This document shows positions 1 through 12,961 of a DNA stretch of 64,000 nt, one piece after another. The notes beneath the pieces are model-generated. The model ran no database searches, was not told where the DNA came from, and was given only the letters and a program-made list of their open reading frames with translations. Every line of letters starts with the position of its first letter. Position 1 is the first letter of the stretch. The position numbers and the translations under genes were made by a program. Origin of the DNA: Amphiscolops sp. MND2022. Lineage: Eukaryota. The stretch covers positions 74,340,001-74,404,000 of the forward strand of contig OZ076409.1 of NCBI GenBank assembly GCA_964187785.1, read 5' to 3'.

Positions 1-177
1 TAATCTGTCTGGATATGCAGAAAAACCAGCACGTGCTTTTTTATACCAAGTTGCTTACAACGACAATTATTTTATATCAACGCCCCCATATTTATCAACG
101 CCCCCCGTCCGTGGGCATGCCGAGGCATGCCCTTCGACGACGTATGCCAAAGATATTCCCGAGCGCGTTAGCCTAGG
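1..177 (+). mobile_element. Right end of a short unit (partial)
   Basis: Twin tcaacgcc at 77 and 95, palindrome 113-132, ends CTAGG 173-177. Confidence 0.8.
113..132. other. Right-end palindrome GGGCATGCC-GA-GGCATGCCC (representative copy)
   Basis: Perfect 9-bp inverted repeat, present in every complete unit except 58442-59514. Confidence 0.95.
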
Positions 178-1457
178 TGCCGGGATTTCTATTCGATAAA
201 GTAAGTTGCGCGGTTGGGTAGGGCCCCGTGAGCGCGCCCGTGTCTGTGTTTTTTGAACCTGAATTTGCGGGTGCCAAAATAGACGATCTCCTAAACTATC
301 CATACGATTTGGCTCAAATTTGGCATACGGGTTCCTGAGACAGATATAAGAACTAATTCCTACTGGCGTTTTGCCCGGAAAATTTTTTTTGTTGCGCAAA
401 CTTGAAATTTTTGACAAAAAAATGCGATTTTTTTTGAAAAATTTTTTTTGAGAGGCCATATCTTTTTTCAGGGAGCCCGGAGCGGGACGCGTTAAACTGA
501 TTATAAACTCTACGGTTCACGGGCTGTACGGGGAACCTATTTTTGTTGGAATCCGACTTGTAGATTTTGAGATATATCATCAAATTTGGGTGTTTTTTTT
601 CCAATATTTCGAAAAACCTGGTTTATCTCTGCCGTTTTTTGCCCAGATTTTTTTATAGACCCTCTCCTAAAGGCCTCCCCTGGCCAGATTACGTCCCAGC
701 AAAACCATTTGGCCCTAAATACGAAGTTTCAGCGTTCTAGCATTTTCGGGCGAAAAGTTGTGGGACTTAGAAAAAGTTTTTTTAAAACGCAAAATGTGTA
801 AAGTCAACTTCAGGCCTCCCAAAGTCAAGGAACTTCCACACAACTAGGATTGCAAGTGGATGCATGTGGAAAGTGCTTGATTAGACGAGGAAAATGAGCT
901 ATTATAAAACTCTGTAGCTTAACCTGACGTTGACTTATGACAATTTTAGTGTGAGCTTGCTATGTGAGAAAAAATTTCAAAAATTGAAAATCGAAGCTAA
1001 GTCTCATCCAAAACTCATCGGAATACGTTCAATCCATTCCAAAGCGGTTTACTTCCAGCTATAGACTGCAGCAACACTATTCAAGACCATTGTACCCCTT
1101 TATATTAGTTTTGACATTGTATTATTCATCCGAGAGCACAAAGCAGTTGAGTACATTCCATCTCCCTTTCGGGGGAGATGAGAATGTACTCGCTAAAGAA
1201 CAGGTACTACAGCCAATTTTTGTATTTATGCGAAGCCATTCTATGCTATTGCACATAACAACTATGCTATTGACTTAATTTTGCCTACACTTTGCTATGA
1301 CATATGCTAAACGTTTGGTCCTTACAACAACATACACATGACTAACGTCAACACCACATACTGTTACCAACGCCCACCGTCCGTGGGCATGCCGAGGCAT
1401 GCCCTTCGACGACGTATGCCAAATACCTTCCAGCGACGCTCGCGCTCCCCGGCTAGG
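178..1457 (+). mobile_element. Short unit, subtype A (1280 bp)
   Basis: Bounded by CTAGG|TG junctions; near-identical copies start at 12962, 31790 and 39459. Confidence 0.8.
1149..1191. other. Internal ~43-nt imperfect hairpin of short units (representative copy)
   Basis: GAGTACATT-C-CATCTCCC-TTTCG-GGGAGATG-AG-AATGTACTC; found ~270 nt before the right end of the short units. Confidence 0.92.
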
Positions 1458-2739
1458 TGCCGGTGTTTTTCACGACAAAGAAAGTTGCGCGCTTTGGGTA
1501 GGGTCCCGGCGCGCTTTTGGGGTTCATTTTAACAACCTGATCTCCCGTTGCACGTATGTCCGATTTTCCAAACTATCCTACCAATTTTGCTGAAATTTTG
1601 CATGTGGGTCCCTATGGACATTCTAAGAACAAATCCCTACTGGCGTTTTGCCCGGAAAATTTTTTTTCTTGACTTATTGACAATTTTAGGTGCCGAAAAT
1701 GACGTTTTTTCAAAAAAAAATTTTTTAAGAGCCCATATCTCGCTCCCAGGTGCCCGGAGCGGGTCGCATGTGGTCGTTGATATTGCTAGGCACTTCGTAA
1801 GGAGTCTGTAGACAAATTTTGGTTCAGATTGGATGAAAAATGATTGAGTAATAGCCGCAAATTGGACGCATTTTGTCAAATTTTTTCGAAACCCCAGTCT
1901 ATCTCTGCCGTTTTTTGCCCAGATTTTTTTCTAGACCCTCTCCTAAAGGCCTCCCCTGGCCGAATTACCTCCCAGCAAAACCATTTGGCCCTAAATACGA
2001 AGTTTCAGCGTTCTAGCATTCTCGGGCGAAAAGTTGTGGGACTTAGAAAAATTTTTTTGAAAACGCAAAATGTGTAAAGTCAACTTCAGGCCTCCCAAAG
2101 TCAAGGAACTTCCACACAACTAGTATTGCAAGTGAATGCATGTGGAAAGTACTCGGATAGACGAGAAAAATGAGCTATTATAAATCTCTGTAGCTTAACC
2201 TGACGTTGACTTATGACAATTTTAGTGTGAGCTTGCTATGTGAGAAAAAAATTCAAAATTGGAAATCGAAGCTAAGTCTCATCCAAAACTCATCGGAACA
2301 CGTTCAATCCATCCCAGAGCGGTTTAATTCCAGCTATATAATGCAGCAACACTATTCAAGACCATTTGATCCACTTACATTAGTTTTGACACCGTATTAT
2401 TCATCCGAGAGCACAAAACAGTTGAGTACATTCCATCTCCCTTTCGGGGGAGATGAGAATGTACTCGCTAAAGTCCAGGTACTACAGCCCATATTTGTTT
2501 TTATGCGACGCTTTTATGGTTTGTATGCTAGTGCGTACACGTATTAATCTTTTAACATATTTTTTGTCGTCTGCAGTTTGCTTTTGACTTGACATAAACT
2601 GAACGTTTTGTCCTTAAAACATACACATTACTAACGTCAACGCCCCATCCTTGCATCAACGCCCACCGTCCGTGGGCATGCCGAGGCATGCCCTTCGACG
2701 ACGTATACCAAGATATACATAAGCGCGGTAGCCGCTAGG
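1458..2739 (+). mobile_element. Short unit (1282 bp), head seen once
   Basis: CTAGG|TG at both ends; shared central block, internal hairpin and palindrome. Confidence 0.78.
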
Positions 2740-4027
2740 TGGCCGGAAATTTTTTTTTTCATCAAAATCTTTGCCATTGGGGGAGGGGCCCCGGATGGCC
2801 AGTAGTACGGGATAGCTTCCTACCAAATCCAGGCGGAAAAAACGTGATTTTGGAAACTAGCCGTCAGAATTTGCTCAAATTTTGCATACGGCTTCCTATG
2901 ACAATCCTAAGAACTAATCCCTACTGGCATTTTGCCCAAAAAACGCAAAAAGTTGGTCAAAATCTTAGTTTTTTGGTCAAAAAATGGCGTTTTTTCGAAA
3001 AAATTTTTTTTCAGAGACAATTACTCGTAACTGGGTCACCCAGCGCAAAAACGCCTAGCTGATTTATTGTTGGGCACTTCATGAGGAGTGCGTATACAAA
3101 TTTTCGTCCAGATCGGAAAAAAAATGACTAAGTATTAGACGGAATTCGGACGCATTTTTTCGCAAATTTTTGAAAACCTAGTCTATCTTTGCCGTTTTTT
3201 GCCCAGATTTTTTTCCAGGTCCTCTCCTAAAGGCCTCCCCTGGCCGGTTTACTTCCCAGAAAAACCAATTGGCCCTAAATACGGAGTTTCAGCGTTCTAG
3301 CATTCCCGGGCGAAAAGATGTGGGACTTAGAAAAAATTCAAAATTTTTCAAAAAATTTTTTTTTCGTTTTCCGGCCCCCCAATGAAGGGGAACGACCCCC
3401 CAACGAGGATTTTTGGTGAATTCACGTGGAAAGGCCTTGTTTTGTGGAGAAAATTGCCGTTTAGAGCGACTTTTTATCTTAACTTGACGTTGACCTCTGT
3501 CGTTTTGAATTTGATATTAGTATGTGTTGAGCATGTGAAAAGTTGATGATTTCAGTTGTTCTCTCGTGTTCAAGCCATTGAGATACAAGCGGTAGTGATC
3601 AAAATGTGATTTATCGCAATTTGGTGGTGCTTTTGGTGTATTTTGATTCTTTTAAATAAAAAGTTGTTCTTTATATATTTGGTGTATTGATTCAAATTAA
3701 CAAGAAACAGTTGAGTACATTTCATCTCCCCCCTTGTGGGGGAGATGAGGATGTACCCGCTAAATGACACGCACAATGGCCCACTTTTACTTTTATGCGA
3801 CGTTTTCTAGGCTTTTGCGCAAGCCCACTAATATTTAGACTGGTTTCCTTTTCTTTTACTCCAAAATTTTCCGTACTAACCACCTTACGCACCACCAGCT
3901 CAACGTAACATCCGTAACGTCAACGCCACACACTCTCACTAACGCCCACCGTCCGTGGGCATGCCGAGGCATGCCCTTCGACGACGTATGCCAAATAGCG
4001 CCACAGGGCGCAAACTTGTCCGCTAGG
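2740..4027 (+). mobile_element. Short unit, subtype C (1288 bp)
   Basis: Junction-bounded; close copy at 10404. Confidence 0.78.
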
Positions 4028-5296
4028 TGCCGGGATTACTATTCGATAAGGAATTTTGCGCGGTTGGGTAGGGCCCCGTGAGCGCGCCAGGGGATAGTGT
4101 TAGAACAACAAGGATTTGGGCATCAGTTGGGAGCGATTTTCTAAACTATCCGTACGATTTTGCTGAAATTTGGCACGAAGCTTCCTTGGAACATTCTAAG
4201 AACAAATCCCTACTGGCGTTTTGCTGGGAAAAATCAAAAAGTTGGTCAAAAATGCGATTTTCCGACAAAATTTTGGGGTAAAATTTTTTTGAAACGTTAT
4301 ATCTCGCCACAGGGTCACGCTAGCGCCTCGCAACCTATGATCGTGTTTTGTTGGGCGTTGTCTGTAGAACACGTATGCCAAATTTGGTGGCGATCGGACT
4401 TAAACTCAGGGAGATATAGCGATTTTTTAGGTGCATTTTTTGACATTTTTTGCATTTGCCGATTTATCTCTGCCGTTTTTGCCCAAATTTTTTTTGAGAC
4501 ACTCTCCTAAAGACCTCCCCTGGCCGGTTTACCTCCCAGAAAAACCATTTGGCCCTAAATACGAAGTTTCAGCGTTCTAGCATTCCCGGGCAAAAAGTTG
4601 TGGGACTTAGAATAGTTTTTATGGTAACGCAAAATGTGTAAAGTCAACTTCAGGCCTCCCAAAGTCAAAGAACTTCCACACAACTAGGATTGCAAGTGGG
4701 TGCATGTGAAAAGTACTCGGATAGACGAGAAAAATGAGCTATAGAACGACTCTGTAGCTTAACCTGACGTTGACTTATGACAATTTTAGTGTGAGCTTGC
4801 TATTTGGTGTAAAAATTCAAATGATGAAAATCGAAGCTAAGTCTCATCCAAAACTCATTGGAATACGTTCAATGCATCCCAAAGCGGATTAATTCGAGAT
4901 GTTTAGTGCAGCAACACCATTCAAGACCATTTGACCCATTTTTATAAGTTTTGACAACGTATTATTCATACGAGAGCACGAAACAGTTGAGTACATTCCA
5001 TCTCCCTTTCGGGGGAGATGAGAATGTACTCGCTAAAGTCCAGGTACTACAGCCCATATTTGCTTTTATGCGACGCTCTTATGCTAGTGCGCATACTTTT
5101 TAATCGTTTAACTGAATTTTCTTCTGTCTGCACTTTGACTTTGACTTGACATATAGTGAACGTTTTGTCTTACAACTTACAAATGAGTAACGTCAACGCC
5201 CCATCCTTGCATCAACGCCCACCGTCCGTGGGCATGCCGAGGCATGCCCTTCGACGACGTATGCCAAGATATATCCCAAGCGCGGTAGCAGCTAGG
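4028..5296 (+). mobile_element. Short unit, subtype D (1269 bp)
   Basis: Junction-bounded; near-identical copy at 7848. Confidence 0.78.
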
Positions 5297-6584
5297 TGCC
5301 GGGATTTTCTATTCGACAAGTTTGCGCGCCTTGGGGAGGGTCCCTTTGCGCGCTTTAAGATCCAGGTGTTTCCAACTCCTAAACGGGCATGTGATTTCGA
5401 CGATCTCCTAAACTAGCCATACGATTTGGCTGAAATTTGGCACACGTACCCCCCTCGGCACGGTGAAGATGATTTCCTACTGACGTTTTTCCCGCTAAAC
5501 ATTTTTTGTTGACCAAAATAACGGTTTTTGGGGTAAAATTTTCAACTTTTTTTAAATTTCATCTTATATCTCGCCACGGGTACACGCTAGCGCTTCAAAA
5601 CCTTGCTGACGAAAGCTTGCAAACTGTCTCGGGAATGCGGTGTGAAATTTTCAGCTCAATCGGACTTAAACTCGAGGAGATATAGCGTTTTTCCGGAGCG
5701 GGGGGGTTTCATTTTTCTAACGGTCCAGCTTATCTTTGCCATTTTTTCGAAAATGTACTCGTCTAAAGGCCTCCCCTGGCCGGTTTTATTCCCAGCAAAA
5801 CCATTTGGCCCTAAATACGGAGTTTCAGCGTTCCAGCATTTCCGGGCGAAAAGTTGTGGGACTTAGAAATTTTCAAAAATTTTCAAAAATTTTTTTTTCC
5901 GTTATTTGGTCCCCCAAAGTGGGGGAAAAGACCCCCCAACCAGTAAAGCAAGTGAAAGCATGTGCAAAGCCCTTGTTTGGACGAGAAAATTGCCGTTTAG
6001 AACGTCTTTTTATCTTGGCTCAACGTTGACTTATGACGTTTTGAAGGTGATGTTTGGAGGTGTAAAGCAAGTGATTAGTAAACGTTATGAGTATTTATCT
6101 GATCTGAAAGCCATTGAGATGCAATATGGTTTGCTCAAAACGTAATTCATTGCAGTTTGGCAATCAATCAACACCCTTTGTTGTCGTTTGACATACTTTT
6201 TTGTTGTTATAATAAAAAATTTTGTGTATTTATTCATTTTTTTCTCATCAAATAACTTGGAACAGTTGATTACATTCCATCCCCCCCTTCCGGGGGAGAT
6301 GAGAATGTACTCGCAAAAAGCACCGAACTACGGCCCTTACCTTCCCGAGCTACGCAGTATAAGGATTACATATTGGTTCCGACATTTTCATAGAGTTATA
6401 TCTTGGTAATCTGTCTGGATATGCCGAAAAATCAGCACGTGCCTTTTAATACCAAGTTGCTCACAACGACAATTATTTTATATCAACGCCCCCATATTTA
6501 TCAACGCCCCCCGTCCGTGGGCATGCCGAGGCATGCCCTTCGACGACCCGCACCAAAATATGCGTTAGCGCGGTAGCAGCTAGG
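5297..6584 (+). mobile_element. Short unit, subtype B (1288 bp)
   Basis: Junction-bounded; B body marker cacgtacccccctcggcacggtgaag. Confidence 0.78.
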
Positions 6585-7847
6585 TGCCGGGATTTCCATT
6601 CGATAAGGAATTCTGCGCGTGTGGGTAGGGCCCCTGGCGCGCTCCTGTGTTTTCGGTTTTCCTACTCCAAATTCACACATCGGTTATCTCGGATCTCGAA
6701 AACTAGCCACACGATTTGGCTGAAATTTGGCACACAGCTCCGTTGGAACATTGTAAGAACAAATCCCTACTGACGTTTTGCCCGCTAAACATTTTTTGTT
6801 GGTCAAAAATGCGATTTTCCGACAAAATTTTTGACTTTTTTTTCTTTTTCAACTCATATCTCGCCACAGGGTCACGCTAGCGCTTTGCAACCTATGATCC
6901 TTTTTTGTAGGGCGTTGTCTGTAGAACACGTATGCCAAATTTGGTGGCGATCGGACTTAAACTCAGGGAGATATAACGATTTTTTAGGTGCATTTTTTGA
7001 CATTTTTTGCATTTGCTGATTTATCTTTGCCGTTTTTTGCCCAGATTTTTTTTGAGACACTCTCCTAAAGACCTCCCCTGGCCGGTTTACCTCCCAGCAA
7101 AACCATTTGGCCCTAAATACGAAGTTTCAGCGTTCTAGCATTCCCGGGCGAAAAGTTGTGGGACTTAGAATAATTTTTTGGAAACGCAAAATGTGTAAAG
7201 TCAACTTCAGGCCTCCCAAAGTCAAGAAACTTCCACACAACTAGTATTGCAAGTGGATGCATGTGGAAAGTACTGGGATAGACGAGAAAAATGAGCTATA
7301 GAACGACTCTGTAGCTTAACTTGACGTTGACTTATGATGTTTTGAGTGTGTGCTTGCCAAGAGGTCCGAAATTGAAAATTTTTAAAGAAAATTAATATCG
7401 TTAAAAATTCATCGGAATGCCTGCGATATACAGTAGAGCGTGTTCAATTGTAGCTGACTAATGCATCAACGCTGTTCAAGGTCTTTTAACTCAGTTTCAA
7501 ATTTTTTTACACTGTATTATCCATCCGAGAGTTCGAAACAGTTGAGTACATTCCATCTCCCTCCCGAGGGAGATGAGAATGTATTCGCTAAAGTCCAGAT
7601 ACCACGACCCATATTTGTTTCTCTGCGACGCAAACATTTGCTAGTGCACATAAATAGTGATCTTTTGACTGAATTCTGTATTTACACAGACGTGACATAT
7701 GCTGAATGTTCGGTTCTTACAACATACACATGACTAACGTCAACGCCACATACTGTTACCAACGCCCACCGTCCGTGGGCATGCCGAGGCATGCCCTTCG
7801 ACGACGTATGCCAAATACCCTTTACCGACGCGCACTCTCCCGCTAGG
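6585..7847 (+). mobile_element. Short unit, D-related mosaic (1263 bp)
   Basis: Junction-bounded; D-like left body, right half shared with the unit at 47970. Confidence 0.78.
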
Positions 7848-9130
7848 TGCCGGGATTTCTATTCGATAAGGAATTTTGCGCGGTTGGGTAGGGCCCCGTG
7901 AGCGCGCCAGGGGATAGTGTTAGAACAACAAGGATTTGGGCATCAGTTGGGAGCGATTTTCTAAACTATCCGTACGATTTTGCTGAAATTTGGCACGAAG
8001 CTTCCTTGGAACATTCTAAGAACAAATCCCTACTGGCGTTTTGCTGGGAAAAATCAAAAAGTTGGTCAAAAATGCGATTTTCCGACAAAATTTTGGGGTA
8101 AAATTTTTTTGAAACGTTATATCTCGCCACAGGGTCACGCTAGCGCCTCGCAACCTATGATCGTGTTTTGTTGGGCGTTGTCTGTAAAACACGTATGCCA
8201 AATTTGGTGGCGATCGGACTTAAACTCAGGGAGATATAGCGATTTTTTAGGTGCATTTTTTGACATTTTTTGCATTTGCCGATTTATCTCTGCCGTTTTT
8301 GCCCAATTTTTTTTTGAGACACTCTCCTAAAGACCTCCCCTGGCCGGTTTACCTCCCAGAAAAACCATTTGGCCCTAAATACGAAGTTTCAGCGTTCTAG
8401 CATTCCCGGGCAAAAAGTTGTGGGACTTAGAATAGTTTTTATGGTAACGCAAAATGTGTAAAAAAAAATGTGAAAAGTCAACTTCAGGCCTCCCAAAGTC
8501 AAAGAACTTCCACACAACTAGGATTGCAAGTGGGTGCATGTGGAAAGTACTCGGATAGACGAGAAAAATGAGCTATAGAACGACTCTGTAGCTTAACCTG
8601 ACGTTGACTTATGACAATTTTAGTGTGAGCTTGCTATTTGGTGTAAAAATTCAAATGATGAAAATCGAAGCTAAGTCTCATCCAAAACTCATCGGAATAC
8701 GTTCAATGCACCTCAAAGCGGATTAATTCGAGATGTTTAGTGCAGCAACACCATTCAAGACCATTTGACCCATTTTTATAAGTTTTGACAACGTATTATT
8801 CATACGAGAGCACGAAACAGTTGAGTACATTCCATCTCCCTTTCGGGGGAGATGAGAATGTACTCGCTAAAGTCCAGGTACTACAGCCCATATTTGCTTT
8901 TATGCGACGCTCTTATGCTAGTGCGCATACTTTTTAATCGTTTAACTGAATTTTCTTCTGTCTGCACTTTGACTTTGACTTGACATATAGTGAACGTTTT
9001 GTCTTACAACTTACAAATGAGTAACGTCAACGCCCCATCCTTGAATCAACGCCCACCGTCCGTGGGCATGCCGAGGCATGCCCTTCGACGACGTATGCCA
9101 AGATATATCCCAAGCGCGGTAGCCGCTAGG
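7848..9130 (+). mobile_element. Short unit, subtype D (1283 bp)
   Basis: Copy of 4028-5296 with a 14-bp slippage insertion near 8460. Confidence 0.78.
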
Positions 9131-10403
9131 TGCCGGTGTATTTTTACACAATGGGGGATGTTGCGCGTGTGGGGAGGGTCCCTGACGCGCTTCCGTGGTT
9201 TCGGGTCTTCTAACCTATGATAGCGTGACACCTGACTTCGATCTCGTAAACTAGCCGTACGATTTGGCTGAAATTTGGCACACGTACCCCCCTCGGCACG
9301 GTGAAGATGATTTCCTACTGACGTTTTTCCCGCTAAACATTTTTTGTTGACCAAAATAACGGTTTTTGGGGTAAAATTTTGAATTTTTTTTAAATTTCAT
9401 CTCATATCTCGCCACGGGTACACGCTAGCGCTTCCAAACCTTGCTGACGAAAGCTTGCAAACTGTCTCAGGAATGCGGTGTGAAATTTTCGGCTCAATCA
9501 GACCTAAATTCGGGGAGATATAGCGTTTTTCCGGAGCGGGGGGGTTTCATTTTTCTAACGGTCCAGCTTATCTTTGCCATTTTTTCGAAAATGTACTCGC
9601 CTAAAGGCCTCCCCTGGCCGGTTTTATTCCCAGCAAAACCATTTGGCCCTAAATACGGAGTTTCAGCGTTCCAGCATTTCCGGGCGAAAAGTTGTGGGAC
9701 TTAGAAAAGTTCAAAAATTTTCAAAAAAATTTTTTTCCGTTATTTGGGTCCTCAAAGTGGTGGAAAAGACCCCCCAACCAGTAAAGCAAGTGAATGCATG
9801 TGGAAAGCCCTTGTTTAGACGAGAAAAATGCCGTTTAGAACGTCTTTTTATCTTAACTTGACATTGACTTTTGTCGTTTTGAAGGTGACCGTTAGATACG
9901 GAAAATTGATTTTTTGAGTATTTATCCCATCTGAAAGCCATTGAGATACAAAATTTTTTGTTCAAAACGTGTTTCATTGCAGTTTCGCTGTCCATTAACA
10001 CCCTTTGGTGTCTTTTGACGTAATTTTCTTTTCTATAATAACAATTTCTTTGTGTATTTATTCATTTTTTTCTCATCAAATAACTTGAAACAGTTGAGTA
10101 CATTCCATCTCCCTTCCCGGGGGAGATGAGAATGTACTCGCTAAAGGTCAGGAACTACGGTCTATATCTTCCACAACACAAAAGAGATTGCAAATTGTTT
10201 CAGTTTGTCGCAGAAAACTTCTTTTTGCACTCTGTGACTCGACAAAGTGAACGTTTCTTACTTACTTTGAATCTCACCATACCACAACTCATCTCTAACG
10301 TCAACGCCCCCCACACACATCAACGCCCCCCGTCCGTGGGCATGCCGAGGCATGCCCTTCGACGACGTATAGCAAAATATATTCGAACGCGGTAGCCGCT
10401 AGG
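9131..10403 (+). mobile_element. Short unit, subtype B (1273 bp)
   Basis: Junction-bounded; close relative at 15508. Confidence 0.78.
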
Positions 10404-11687
10404 TGGCCGGAAATTTTTTTTTCAGCAAAATCTTTGCCATTGGGGGAGGGGCCCCGGATGGCCAGTAGTACGGGATAGCTTCCTACCAAATCCAGATGGA
10501 AAAAACGTGATTTTGGAAACTAGCCGTCAGAATTTGCTCAAATTTTGCATACGGCTTCCTATAACAATCCTAAGAACTAATCCCTACTGGCATTTTGCCC
10601 AAAAAACGCAAAAAGTTGGTCAAAATCTTAGTTTTTTGGTCAAAAAATGGCGTTTTTTCGAAAATTTTTTTTTCAGAGACAATTACTCGGAACTGGTTCA
10701 CCCAGCGCAAAAACGCCTAGCTGATTTATTGTTGGGCACTTCATGAGGAGTGCGTATACAAATTTTCGTCCAAATCGGATAAAAGTTGATTGAGAAATAA
10801 CTGAAAATTTGAGGCATTTTTTTGGAATTTTTCGAAATCCCAGTCTATCTCTGCCGTTTTTTGCCCAGATTTTTTTCCAGACACTCTCCTAAAGACCTCC
10901 CCTGGCCGGTTTACTTCCCAGAAAAACCATTTGGCCCTAAATACGGAGTTTCAGCGTTCTAGCATTCCCGGGCGAAAAGATGTGGGACTTAGAACAAAAT
11001 TCAAAATTTTTCAAATTTTTTTTTTTGCGTTTCCCGGCCCCCCAATGAAGGGGAACGACCCCCAACTAGGATTTTTGGTCAATCCATGTGAAAAGGCCTT
11101 GTTTAGTGGAGAAAATTGCCGTTTAGAGCGACTTTTTATCTTAACTTGACGTTGACCTCTGTCGTTTTGAATTTGATATTAGAATGTGTTGAGCGTGTGA
11201 AAAGTTGATGATTTCAGTTGTTCTCTCGTGTTCAAGCCATTCAGATACAAGCGGTAGTGATCAAAATGTGATTTATCGCAATTTGGTGGTGCTTTTGGTG
11301 TATTTTGATTCTTTCAAATAAAAAGTTGTTCTTTATATATTTGGTGTATTGATTCAAATGAACAAGAAACAGTTGAGTACATTTCATCTCCCCCCTTGTG
11401 GGGGAGATGAGGATGTACCCGCTAAATGACACGCACAATGGGCCAATTTTACTTTTATGCGACGTTTTCTAGGCTTTTGCGCAAGCCCACTAATATTTAG
11501 ACTGGTTTCTCTCTCTTTCACTTCAAACTTTCCGTACTAACCACCTTACGCACCACCAGCTCAACGTAACATCTGTAACGTCAACGCCACACACTCTCAC
11601 TAACGCCCATCGTCTGTGGGCATGCCGAGGCATGCCCTTCGACGACGTATGCCAAATAGCGCCACAGGGCGCCCAATTTTGTCTAGG
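10404..11687 (+). mobile_element. Short unit, subtype C (1284 bp)
   Basis: Junction-bounded; relative of 2740. Confidence 0.78.
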
Positions 11688-12961
11688 TGCCGGGATTTCT
11701 ATTCGTTCGAGTATGTGGCGCGTGTGGGTAGGGCCCCTAGCGCGCTCTTTTATTTCGGGTACACCTACTCCAAATTCACGATGTGATTTCGACGATCTCG
11801 TAAACTAGCCACACGATTTGGCTGAAATTTGGCACACGTACCCCCCTCGGCACGGTGAAGATGATTTTCTACTGACGTTTTTCCCGCTAAACATTTTTTG
11901 TTGACCAAAATAACGGTTTTTGGGGTAAAATTTTCAACTTTTTTTAAATTTCATCTTATATCTCGCCACGGGTACACGCTAGCGCTTCCAAACCTTGCTG
12001 ACGAAAGTTTGCAAACTGTCTCAGGAATGCTGTGTGAAATTTTCAGCTCAATCGGACTCAAACTCGAGGAGATATAGCGTTTTTCCGGAGCGGGGGGGTT
12101 TCATTTTTCTAACGGTCCAGCTTATCTTTGCCATTTTTTCGAAAATGCACTCGCCTAAAGGCCTCCCCTGGCCGGTTTTACTCCCAAAAAAACCATTTGG
12201 CCCTAAATACGGAGTTTCAGCGTTCTAGCATTCTCGGGCGAAAAGTTGTGGGACTTAGAAAATTTCAAAAAATTTCAAAAAAATTTTTTTTTGTTATTTG
12301 GGCCCCCAAAGTGGGGGAAAGGACCCCCCAACCATTAATTTGAGTGAATGCATGTGCAAAGCCCTTGTATAGAGGAGAAAAATGCCGTTTAGAACGTCTT
12401 TTTATCTTTACTCAACGTTGACTTATGACGTTTTGAAGGTGACCGTTAGATATGGAAAATTGATGTTTTGAGTATTTATCTCATCTGAAAGCCATTGAGA
12501 TACAACATGTTTTGCTCAAAACGGGTTTCATTGCAGTTTCGCTGTCTATTAACACCCTTTGGTGACTTTTGACATATTTTTGCTTTTATATAAAACCAAT
12601 TTTTTGTGCATTTTTTCTTTTTTTTTCATCTAATATCTTGAAACAGTTGAGTACATTCCATCTCCCTTCCCGGGGGAGATGAGAATGTACTCGCTAAAAG
12701 CCAAGAACTACGGCCAATACCTTCCCGAGCTATGCACTACAAATATTGCATATGCATGCAGACCTTTTGATACATTTTTATCTTTGTAGATTGACTGGAA
12801 AAACCGAAAACTCTGTCCTGATTATACAAAGTTTCCTCACAACGACACATGTTTACGTCAACGCCCCATAGTTCTTATCAACGCCCCCCGTCCGTGGGCA
12901 TGCCGAGGCATGCCCTTCGACGACGTGCACCAAAATATATTCGAGCGCGGTAGCAGCTAGG
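11688..12961 (+). mobile_element. Short unit, subtype B (1274 bp)
   Basis: Junction-bounded; head shared with 34181, 35449 and 63332. Confidence 0.78.

Noticed and set aside
95..145. CRISPR array with the palindromic block as the repeat
   Set aside because: The intervening sequences are 1.2-1.9 kb and homologous to each other, and no cas genes are present.
173..180. Canonical Helitron call based on terminal CTAG plus hairpin
   Set aside because: No 5' TC, no A|T target, and the palindrome is farther from the end than usual. Kept only as a mechanistic analogy.
1149..1191. Bacterial attC site or rho-independent terminator
   Set aside because: No RYYYAAC..GTTRRRY boxes at the hairpin ends, no gene cassettes, junctions do not fall at the hairpin, and no U-tract follows it.
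1372..1388. Alternative hairpin GCCCAC-cgtcc-GTGGGC
   Set aside because: Broken without compensation in variants (gccccc, gtaggc) and overlaps the better-supported palindrome.
8451..8476. 14-bp extra sequence in the unit at 7848
   Set aside because: Local slippage duplication of aaaatgtg, with no sign of function.
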